Shown piece after piece: positions 26,021-36,500 of a stretch of 64,000 nt of DNA; the stretch's first letter is position 1, and each line of letters opens with the position of its first letter. Both the position numbers and the translations under genes were made by a program. Source of the DNA: Raillietiella orientalis (lineage: Eukaryota); the NCBI GenBank assembly GCA_036172245.1, contig JAYWIR010000022.1:2604001-2668000 (forward strand), in the 5' to 3' direction. A model generated the notes under the pieces. That model saw only the letters and a list, made by a program, of their open reading frames with translations. It ran no database searches and was not told the DNA's origin.

Positions 26021-28213
26021 CATATCAAAGATATTGGCACTGCAAGAACGGAATGCCTCATAAATAAAGCGTGGATAGAAAGAGAGGTGGGCTGGGGGGG
26101 GGGGGAGAGGAGGAGGAATCACCGAAGAGATGTCGAACGATTTTCGTAAAATGGGCCGTGCCGGTCGCGCACACGGAAGACGACGACGCTGACGCGAGGC
26201 AACGAAGGGCCACGCGGGCTCGACTCATTTCCGTGTACTTCCAGGCAGGCGGCACTTCCCTTCGCCTTCCGTTCCCCCCCTAAGATCGATGTTCGCACGT
26301 AATATTCATGCATACAACCTCTGAAGTACACCGGAGGGGACGTCGAAGCGGCGAAGCTCAGGCATCCCAGTCGGCGGCAGATGCAGCAGCAGCAGCAGCA
26401 GCCGATGTGCGGGCGAAAGCGGAGAGGAAGTTCGGCAATAAAAGAGAGGCTTTCCGTCTTGGAGCGGGCAATCGTTCTTCAAGGTGAACCTCCGTCACTG
26501 TTCTGCGACCAACACCTCCACGGCACGCTCGAAATCCCAATCCCCTCGTGAAAGCACTGAGCTCCTCTGACACCTCCGCCGAATGGCTCCGGGATATTTA
26601 TCCTGGTTTTGCCGTCGAGGGGCATCAAGTTCGAAAAGACGGGGGGGGGGGAAGGAAAACTCGGAAAGATGCGATTGCTACGCGCGCGCGAAAGCACTGC
26701 CGTGAATTCCTGATTGAAAATCTTGCACGATGGTGGTAGGGGGGGGGGGGGGGAGGGATCGGATAGGGCCGCACGCGGGAATTCTCGGCTTGCGATTACG
26801 CGAGGCGAAATTCGCGGTCAGTCGTCGCCGCTGCTGCTGAAGCGCGAACCGACGTTCGTCTGGCAATCCTGCGGTTTCCGTCCGCCTCGTTTCCATCCCT
26901 GCGCTGCTGCTGCAGAAGCTGCGTTCTTTCTTTCTTTTGTTGTTGCAGGCTTTGCTGTTTGCAAAACGAAACACACACACACACACACAAAAGGAAGAAG
27001 AAGAGGCAAATGATTGCTCCAACTCGAAAGCCCCGCCAGGAATTTCGAGCCTCAATTTGAAATTCATTGTACGTATAAATAAATACCCCGGTGATCTGGA
27101 GTTCCCCTTAACCCCCCCCCCCCCCCCCCCACGCCCTCTTCTTGTTCCTCCGCTTCTTTCGACGGAGGAACGCCACTTTCTTTTATCACCTGGAACATGG
27201 AGACGATTTCGGAAAGCCCTCCTCCGGGACGAAGTGGATGGAAAGGAGATCCGTTGCTCAAACACCGGATACACTGCGAGAGCACGCGCGCCTCCGCGAG
27301 TTCCACGATCGGCACGTCGGCGAGAAACTCCGGAGGAATCCCAGCCGGTTCGGCGCTCGCGCAGCCTCCTCCTTCCGCGGGAACGGTCGGCTCCCCCCCG
27401 CGCGCGCGAGCGCGCGTCGATCGTCGTCGGCTCGCGGGAAGAAAGCGACACCGGCAGTCGTCCTGCTGCTGCTGCTGCTGGCCGTGTCACGACCGCGAGG
27501 ATCGCTGCTGCTGCGGAAACACCGGCGAACGGGACGTCGAACCCCGACGTCCAGAAAGATCTTTGGCGAAGAAAAGGGGGGGGGGGGGAAACACGAATTT
27601 CGACTGCCGCACTGTTGTTCTCGACAGGTTCTTTTTTGTTGTTTTGGAAACGTTTGCTAGGAAGAAGCGATGCGGTTGTCTGGAGGAAGGGGGGGAGGGG
27701 GGGAACGCTACCTGATGCAACCGCCTGACCTCTCCACCTGAAGCACAGATAAGTCACTTCCACACCACCAAAACGCAGGGGGAGGAAAAGCACTCACGAT
27801 CGTTACCGTTGCCGAGATAACCACCACAACCGGAATCCTTCACTGCTTTCTGCAAGCCTCCTGAAACCGAATGTACATACGTTTGTACATACGCTTCTTT
27901 TTTTTTTCCTTTTTTTTTTTTTTTCGGTGTGTGCGAGTGGGGGGGGGGGGGGAGGGCAGAGAACGCTCTTTGTTTTCATCGACGACAGGTTCCGAGAATT
28001 TGCAAGCCGCGACGCGAACCCCTTGATATATAAAAGAAGTGGAAACTCGGGCAAACATACTGAAAACAAAAGGAAGACAAAGTTTGCAGCCAGAAAAGTT
28101 CACAGTTCCAGGGGATCCTTTGTTTTCGCGTGTTTTTTTTCTTCCTCTTCTTCTTCTTCTTCGTTTCCTCCTTTCTTTCCTTTCGCCGTTGCGCCAATTT
28201 CACGAATACCAAG

Positions 28214-29148
28214 ATAAGAAAACGATGCTGTGAATTGTGCCTCAAATCATACTGGGTGCAGATTTATGAGATAAAAAGGGGGGAAGAAAACTTTTCGATC
28301 AAGATGCCCGAGGCATGCGTCTATCACGTACGAGCCGTACAAAAAAAAAAAAAAAAGTGAATCTCGGTGGCTAGTAATAACTCGCAATTAATAAGGCAAC
28401 TCTTACATCCAGCACTTTCCATGCTGCCGCGAACAGATCTCGGCACACTTTCGCAAAAATCGCGTGTCGTCGAACACTCCGCAGCAGAGTACGCAGCACA
28501 AAGTCGGATTCCTTTTGAAAGGAAGAAAGAAAAAACGAAAACAAAAAAATAGGTCGGGTCGTCGTCGTCGTCGGAGTGGACGAGCGAAAAGCTCGGGTCG
28601 AACGTCACCAACTCTTGGCAGGATCCCCACCTCCAAGTACCGTTAAAACACCCGTCCGAAGATTGCCAACACCGAATAGGGAGTGAGGGGCTTTCGTCCT
28701 TTACCGGCTATCACAACGTGCGGGTAGCAGCAGCAGCAGCAGTCCAGCTACTCTTCAGACCATCTTCGGAACCGTGAGGAGCGCTGCGAGATTCACGAAC
28801 TGGACTTTCCGCACCGGCGGCACAGCCACGAACTCCAGCTGCCACTGAGGAAGACGTGCTCGCAGCATCACCACGCGCGCGCACGGACCTCCGGCGAGGC
28901 TACGCGCGCCGGTAAGCCGAACTAGCAGACGCGGCGCTCGCGTTGCACAACTGACCAGCTGCGCGCAAGCGCACAGCCGACCCGGTCTCAGTGCGTGCGT
29001 GCGTGCGTTCGTGTGCGCGTGTGTGTACTCGCCCGCCGAGATGGTGTACCGCAGACGCGTCTCCGAGCGACGGGTCACCCCGTGGAACGCTCCTGAGAGA
29101 GCCCATCCCCACCCTGATCAATTACACCCCGCGATGGAGTCGCTTCCG
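28214..29148 (+). CDS. Candidate multi-exon host gene of unknown product; exons 28214-28255, 28413-28502, 28553-28682, 28759-28911, 29055-29148
   Basis: Five consecutive AG..GT-bounded segments join in matching phases (0,0,1,1) without a stop: IRKRCCELCLKSYW/HFPCCREQ.../VGSSSSSEW.../HLRNREERCEIHELDF.../DASPSDGSPRG...PRWSRF. No recognisable domain. Possible further exons at ~27.1-27.6 kb and 27989-28097. Confidence 0.5.
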
Positions 29149-29399
29149 GTGAGCACCCAGGGAACACGCCGCTCCCCGCGTTCGGGCGCGTAACTTGCGC
29201 AGTGCCTGCATGCCCGTTTGCCCAGGATGTGGTCGGAGATGTGCGTTTTTTTTTTTTTTGAACTGTTCGCGTTTCTGTCACCATGGCTGTGTCAGGTGCT
29301 TCGCCTTCGTGACACATGAATCATGAAATGCATCGCATCATGATGTAATGATAACGCACGTGATCCGTGAAGCCCTCCCGTTTCCACATCCTTCATCCG

Positions 29400-30420
29400 T
29401 AACTGCGAAATGGAACCGAGGCAGCCAATCTGAGAGGCAGCTCCACCGCAGTGCTGGAAGAGTACGATGGACCAAATGGAAGCTGCGATTCTGAATGGGT
29501 TTCCCGAATTTGATCAAGTAAAATGCCATCGGGAAAACTCTCGTTATCTATTTACGGCATCGTTGATGGTTCCCCAGCATCTTGGCAGGAGGATTTATCC
29601 TCTGGCAGAAGAAGTCGGTTGCTCTCAGGCATGAATTGATGAAAGAACTATGCAAATTGCTGCGGCGAGAAGCCTGCAAACTCGGGTTCCAACAAATGGA
29701 GCATATGGAATGCAACGCGTGTGATCAAAGTGGGTAGGTTCCGGTGTGGCTGTGGAAGACCGATTCATCATCCCAACCGGACCAAAGAGGTGTTCACGTC
29801 TACTTAGGCCTCCTGTATCGAATGCACCACTCCCTGCGTGGGGGGGAGGGACAGCAAAAAAGCGTCTAACGATCCCTCGCTCTCGGTGAGCGTCCGGGGA
29901 TGAGCGGACTCTTCTCATTTTTCGAGTGCCAAGAGATCCCCCCCCCCTCACTTCCAGTCCCTACGACCGCATTGCTGCGCGGCGTGTGCGACCCACGGGC
30001 GTTTGGGATTATGACGAGTTTCTCGCGTGGGAGGAAGGGAGTTTTGCAACAGGATTGGAATTTTCTGGAGCTGTCTCTGGCTTGAGATTTGCGGTGTCCC
30101 ATGAATGCGGCGTAAAGCCACAGATTCCTATCTGGTCCCGCATCTGGGAGCGTTCACCTTCAAGAGAACCGTGAGACCAGAGTGACTGTGCTGTGGCGCG
30201 CCACAGGCACCTCCTCTCTACGTGTCGATGGTGACCGTTCAGAAGAACGCGATCCTTACTCGTTGTATCTATTTCTCCAGCGCCCACCGAACCTCGATCC
30301 TTTTCCTTGCGCTTCTGTTTATGACGATGGAAAGGAGCTCGAGGAGACTGCCTACGGCCACGGAACCTCGTTCCCGATGAAGGACGTCTTCCGGAGGGGC
30401 TGCACTTCCTGAGCAAAACG
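29400..30420 (+). mobile_element. Degenerate Ty3/Gypsy integrase fragment
   Basis: Remnants resembling YLxxxVDxFS (~29545), HHPN (YHPQ, ~29766) and PTG (TGxSP, ~29992). Confidence 0.4.
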
Positions 30421-31862
30421 AAAAGATGCTGAAGAGTTTTCGATTTTCGGGCCGCTTGTTTGTCGCCCATCGGTGAAGGAGCGACCTGAAAAAAAAAAAA
30501 AAAATGCGATGGTCGATAGCATCATGCCAAAAGACGGTAGGGGAGAAAGCTCTAACTACAGACTGGGGAGAGGGGAGAGATGGCTGCAGTCTCAGGTCTC
30601 ACTGGCAGTCCGCCGTCCCAAAGCTGCTGCTGCTTCTGTGGAAGAAGGACTGTGAAATCGGAGATGATTGCTCAAGGGGAACTGGAAAGCTTCCTCAAAA
30701 ACGAGGTACTGAGGTCGCCGGAGTCATCGGATGCGAACTCATTTCGATGCCGAGAAACCTTGGCTGGCGACCCGAGGGAGCTGCAGAACCATAGCGGTCG
30801 CGAGCGACACCGGCACTAGCAACGGAAGGGGGGGGGGGGGGGAGGGAAGAAAGCAGAGCACGAGAGCACGCGGAGAGAGCTCACGTAATCGAGCACTTCG
30901 GAAGGGGGGCTGACCGCACACGAGGCAGATGAGCTGTTCTCTGGCTCCATCCGTTTCTCGCACGATACGGCAAATAAAAAGCACTGCCGTTACTCACGAT
31001 GAGAGTCTAAAGCAGAGGCAGTGTTTTTGATTCTCCTCTCTTTTCTACCCCTTGCCCCCCTCTTTCAGTAGTAGCCTTCAGGACCTAACTTGAACCCTTG
31101 GGGGCGCACCGCTGAGGATACGGACTGTGCACTTAGCATCAAGCGCCGACAGATGTATTGCTACTGACTTGCCTTCTGATAGGAGCTTTCCCTGGGATTT
31201 CTTCACCATTTTCCGTCAAAAGGGAAAGCAATGCATCGAAGTCCGCTTTCGCTCGGTCGGATCCCAACAATGGATCCCAACATCGGCCGCAACAATCGAT
31301 GAGCCGTCTCCCCGAGAAACCGACTCATAGCAGCCTATCGGAACACATCTGCAACAATGAATCGGTCGCAACAATCGATAAACTGTGTCCCTGAGCAACC
31401 GGCTCGCGGCATCCTGTCCGAATGCTGTCTTTTCGTGCTCACCGCAACGCAGCGAGCATTCCGGTGTCACAGTAGGTGGTGCATCGGTGATACCCACGGC
31501 GTGCTAAAGTTTACAGAGAAGGCATCGCGTGATAGATGTTCGGCTACCCACCCATCCACGCAGTGCATCCACATTGGCGGTTGACAAGCAGCCTGAGCTA
31601 AGTTTGCCTGCAAGGCGATCTGTGTGAAAAATAAAAACACTGCACTCTGAAACAGAGGGTCAGCAATTCGAATCGACACGAAATGAAACTCGGAGCCAGA
31701 AATAAATCTGCAGAACGCAGTGTCATTCCTTTTCAATGCAGGTTCAGTTTTCGAGTTGAGGGTTGGGTCAGACTCATCAAAACGTCCGCTCGTTCATTTA
31801 CTCACAGTACCCCACTAAAAAGTCTCTTCCACATTCGTTTTTTGCTTTATCACCAGTGTTAG

Positions 31863-31982
31863 CAGTAGAGGACACCTGCCACCATCGATGAGCAGATCCA
31901 CTGTACAGAGCATAGTTAAGAATGGAGGTGAATCTCCTTCAAGTGGGTTATACCACTCCGGCAGCTCAATTTTTTCGAGAAA
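31863..31982 (+). CDS. Possible isolated coding exon (Ser-rich)
   Basis: Bounded by ttag| and AA|gtaaga; 120 nt open (SRGHLPPSMSRSTVQSIVKNGGESPSSGLYHSGSSIFSR); lies in a lower-GC patch without transposon motifs. Confidence 0.3.
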
Positions 31983-33462
31983 GTAAGAAATACACATTTT
32001 GCGTTTCCCAGGTGGCACCATCCATCAGTGGGGTGTGTATTTTAGGTGACGGTAATTATCCATTAATCTGCAAGGCGCTTGCTTATTTAAAAACTGAAAC
32101 CATGGGAGACGCTAGTGAGCGAACATGTGCGAGCACGCTTCTGGAGAATCTCCTAGCTCGAGAACGTAACTGCTGCTTTCAGTTTGCCGTTCTTGAGAGT
32201 TTTGCGTACGTACTTATACACAAACACACACATACACGTGTTTAAGTGTATGCACACACGTACGTGTTTTAATCGTAGGGTGAATGGGCTAGTGCAAGCC
32301 CCTCCATGATCGGTCCCCATCCTGGTGATTTACAAGCACACCAGAAGAACCTCCAGAATTCTTCTGAAGACTCAACAGAAGCACCTCGCGCTCCTCGCGA
32401 GGCACTCAGGCGGAGCATCCTTTTACCATTCCTTTCCATCCTGGGATCTCGGGAGCGGGAGGAGAAGGTCATTACGGTTCTCACCAGCAATCGCGCCATA
32501 GGATTTGGATTCAGCATTCGGCTGGGCACTTGGCTCCACAGGACAGGCAGAGGTCGGCAGCAAGCTCCTTTCACTACAGCCGCAGAGCGCTTCTGTCTGC
32601 TCGCTCATGGGCACGTCGGAGACAACGAAGTCGGTAGTCCAAGGTCCGTCGAAACGGCAGCTCCTCCCCTCCAATTTTCCGGTTCCGCCTACATTTCCGG
32701 TTCCAACCTTTGTGGGCACCTGTGACGAACCGCGCGCACGCTAGCCTCCGTAGATGGAGGCTCTTTGTCAGGTGCGCTCGCTCACCTCACGCTCTTCGCG
32801 AGCCTCTGGCCACGAGTTTCTCCGTCCGATGTCTCGCGCCGGTTGTCTCGGAGCCGATCTTACCTACTGTTTATCTACTGAAAAGACGCTGCACATGTAC
32901 CTCCCCTAATGAGCGGCTGCGTCTTCACCCCCGATGATGCTCGATTTATGGTTTTATTGCTGATGAACGTTGCAACAGAAAAACGGCAACACTGTAACCT
33001 CGAGGATTTTACGCTGCGTGGAGTTATTTTTTTTCTTTTCTTTTCTTTTTCAATTCTAGGTCATCACCCTGGTCGGCCGCCGGCATCGTTGCGTTGTTGT
33101 CAGGGGCGTTCGCGGTTTGTTCCCGCTACGGAGCGTCTCCTTCTCCAGCACGACTGCTCTCAAGTGATCGGAACAAGGAGAGGGTTGTCTGGTGCTCCCG
33201 CTCAGCCAGACAGAAATCCCCAGCGCCTTCTGACTCCCTAAACACTGTGGGCAGCGATCTCGGTTCTCGGGAGGGCTCCCAGTCAGGCGGGCAGTTAGGT
33301 GGAGGTGGCGGCTTCAGTATGGCCCGCTCGAGTAAGGAGTGAATCTCACCATGGGGACGAAAGGAAAGGTAGCTTAACTCAAACAACTGGAAAAGTGGAA
33401 GGTCGTTCAGGAGGAGGGCGATGGCTCTTCCTAATTGGTTGGAAGCCATCTGGTCGTAGGTT

Positions 33463-34090
33463 GGTTTCGTACCCGGTCACTCCGGGATCTTTATTTATAA
33501 GAAAATAAATCACAAGTCAGTCACACAAAAAAGAAGCTTTCTGGAGATGATCACCAGCTCGCAGTCCGTCTTCCAAGGGAGTCAGGAGCGGAAGGGAAGG
33601 GACAAGAGTCTTTGGATGCAGCTGCCCCTGGCTCCCAGAGCTCGCGCTGAATGCGAGTGATCTCCTTGACCACCCCTTCTTGCAGGTGAGGCCACCTCGT
33701 AGCCGTCCTTATCAAGGCGGCCGCCATTCCGGTGGCCTCCCTTCGCTGCGAACGAGACTCCACTACGGAGCAGGCTGCGACGAGGGCGCCACTGCAGCAT
33801 CTCGTTGCAATCGCAGAGTCTGCGTTGCGTGAAAAAACGTCGTCGCAGTAAGTCCTTGGCGGTGCCTTCCGGGTAGAGGAGCGCCGAGGCTGGTCTCTGC
33901 TGCATGCCCTCCAGGCGGTCCAACAAGAAAGGTGAGGGGACGATTCAGTCGCACCACACCTCAAGCAGTTCGGGAATGCATCCTCCCTAAAAAATGTCAG
34001 CGTTGGTTGCACTTGTAATTCCTGGTGCAGAAATAGCAGGACGTCCCATTTCCATCGCACACAGGCACACAATGATGGGACCACGAGTTC
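33463..34090 (-). mobile_element. 5'-truncated L1/Tx1-like LINE, 3' end (copy D)
   Basis: Zinc finger PNCLRCGATESSPHL. The minus-strand terminus AATAAAgatCCCGGagtgaCCGGGtacgAAACC matches copy A. Confidence 0.7.
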
Positions 34091-34099
34091 TTCTAGGGG

Positions 34100-35319
34100 C
34101 ATGCCAAGCGAGCCACCGTCTACGCGGAACTGTCTTCGTTCCTGGAGCGGCGTCGCAGACGCAAAGTGTCCAGCTGCAGACTGGAGCTCCGGCGAGTGGT
34201 CAAGCTGACCAAGACCAACAACTGGATCCTCTTCCGGCCCGCGAACGGTAGTGCCTGGTTGCAGGAAACCATTCGCACATGGGCCAAGAACAACGAAGCG
34301 AGCACGGCAGCGACTGCTGCACCCCTTCTGCAACAACCGCTCGCTGCAAAACGTCATCGTGAATGTGCGTGGGCGCAAAGAACCTCCCTAGCCGCACCAC
34401 TGCCTTCCCTCAGGGAACACTTGGCAGTAACCAGCCGGTCAAATGGGAGGTCCGATGCGAGGTTGGAGGAAGAGCGAAGGAATTAGGTGGTTGGACCACG
34501 GACCAGCTCTCGAACGCTGCACCCCCAAATGCCCCACCGAAGGAACTATTATTGAACTGGAGTGAGCTCCTGAGAATCTCACAGGTAGACCTCGAGTGGT
34601 CCCCAGCGCTGAAGAACAACCGGGTCCTCTCCCTGAAGTGGAGGAGTCGGCACTTCTGCTGTTCCACTGGTGTCTCCCGTGCAACGCCCGCCGGTCTCAC
34701 TGGATCCGAGGGGAGATGACCCCAACTGTTGCAGGTGCGGGGAACGGGAATCCCTCCCGCAACTGCTTGTGGACTGGTAGACGTAGACGTAGACGGTCCC
34801 CGTGGTTGCGTTACGCAATGGCCCTTGGTGCACCGACGGGCAATCCCAGGGACGTGACGAAGAGCCTCTTCGTGCGCGATGCCCTTTCTCCTGCCGCATC
34901 CCTAGCAGCTCTTTATTGCCTACGTGGGATCGTGGCTGCATGGAGCAACTCCAGAGAAGGCCAGAACGACAGGAATGTCTATTTATTTTGCAGTCCTCTT
35001 CATGAGGACGGCTGCAAGATGGCCCCACCTGGGACATACTCCGATGAAACTTGCCCGCATCTTGGAAAGGATGCAGAGGACGTCCTCCGGCGGACAGTGA
35101 TTCCTTCCTGTGCCCCCCAGAGTTTTTTTTTATGATTGATTTTTATTTATTTTTATTTTTATTTGCCCCTTCCCCTCTGCTGCCGAGGCGAACCTCGCCG
35201 GTCTGTGTACCGATTACTCGGCAGGTTCCGAACATTTTCAGACAATGTAGGGCCGATGGTCCTACGCATCTATGTTTATTTTGTATAATAAACATCCCGG
35301 CGTTACCGGGTGATAAACC
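34100..35319 (+). mobile_element. 5'-truncated L1/Tx1-like LINE, 3' end (copy A)
   Basis: zf-RVT-like LFHWCLPCNARR then PNCCRCGERESLPQLL. 34720-35319 is homologous to 38360-38986. Has a structured 3' UTR. Confidence 0.75.
35180..35319 (+). other. Structured LINE 3' UTR: branched stem, hairpin, AATAAA, terminal hairpin
   Basis: CTGCCGAG/CTCGGCAG encloses GCGA/TCGC and CGGT/ACCG. Then GTAGGGCC/GGTCCTAC and CCCGG/CCGGG. The same architecture is at 38840-38986. Confidence 0.7.
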
Positions 35320-35339
35320 AAGCAGACTACTCCATTGAA

Positions 35340-36500
35340 GGAGCCCCTTCGCCCGGGAATGAGGAGCGGTGCCCTCCACCAGCTTACTGGTCTTCCAGCC
35401 ACCAACGAGTTTCTCGACTCCTGCAACGCTGCAGGGTAATTCCCATCCTTCCGGTTGGCTGCTGTAATCGTTTGCCCGTGGGCAGATAGTGCCGCGGCAA
35501 AAAGGCGAGACAGCCATCCGGGACCACTGAGTCCAGTCCTTCAGGATTTCTCCCAGAGGGTTGCATGGGAATTTCCACAGTCGCAAGTTGGTCATCGGCG
35601 ATCATGAAGTTCTGGTCAGATGTAGGCGGGAGCAAAGGGCATTCCGAAGGCAGAAAGAAAGGTCTCTCCCGCTACGAAGATGTGTGGGAAGAAGTCAGGC
35701 GAAATGGAGAGAAACAGGAGGAGGATCTTTGATGACAGAGAGCTGGAGGGATTGAAAGGACATCTCTGAGTCCAGGATACCTTCAGGTGGATTGCCAAAA
35801 AAAGAATAGCGTGGTGGTGTGGTCTCAGCCGCTGCTGTGGATGTTGGAGCATTAATCTAAGGATGGATAGGAAGTGGGATTTCTTGTGTGGGGTTGGAAA
35901 GGCATCGGGAGCTGATTCCAGTGATCTGGTTCCAGGACCAAAAGGCTGTCCAAGAGAAGGGTTCTCAGGCGTCAAAAGAGCGAGGTGCCTGAGGGTGCTG
36001 CCACGTTGACTCTGGGAAGGAATTTAAACTTTGGAAGGAACTCAAGGAGTTTCGAAACGGAGAAGGACGTGCAGGCAAGCGGCGAGTGCTGGTATGGGAT
36101 AGGAAAGAAGCGATCAGGCCGAGGGATGCTGGCCGATACTGGTAAGTCTTCCGAATAAAGGGCGATGGGTGTGGCGGTCATGAGAATGAGCGAATTTGGA
36201 AGGTTATCGGTCGGGATTGTTGTCTCGGGCTTTCGAAGGAAAAGGGGAGAGGAGTGAAGGGTCCGGGATGGGTAATTAACGGAAGGTTGAAAATATTGAC
36301 GAGGCCGAAGATGTTGTGCAAGAATGTTCGGGAGGTATCGGAGATGTTTGGTTTTTCCTCTGATACGGGGGATGCTGACCTCTTGGGCTTGCTCTGTGCC
36401 GCCGCGCGAGTGCCCCAACTTGCTCGTGGTCTCCGTCTGAGCGGTCCCTCGAGGCGCGCGGACAGGTAAGGCGGCTCCACCAGGGGGAGGTTGGATCTCA
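35340..36500 (-). mobile_element. Degenerate L1/Tx1-like endonuclease/linker fragment
   Basis: SKILLLFLS (SRIDxxF position), TSDQ (SDH) and LWKFPCNPLGEILKD (WKLNxxLL). Confidence 0.4.

Noticed and set aside
27712..27862. Minus-strand micro-exons (tttcag...gtgagt)
   Set aside because: The splice signals are good, but the chain soon hits stops and conflicts with the better-supported plus-strand model. Unresolved without RNA data.
27927..28217. NPLIY as a GPCR NPxxY motif
   Set aside because: No hydrophobic helix precedes it and no other transmembrane exons were found.
32306..32725. GFGFSIR as the start of a PDZ domain
   Set aside because: The downstream sequence lacks the remaining PDZ pattern and no supporting splice site was found.
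35180..35319. LINE 3' structure as a hammerhead or HDV-like ribozyme
   Set aside because: There is no CUGANGA/GAAA core and no nested double pseudoknot was recognised.
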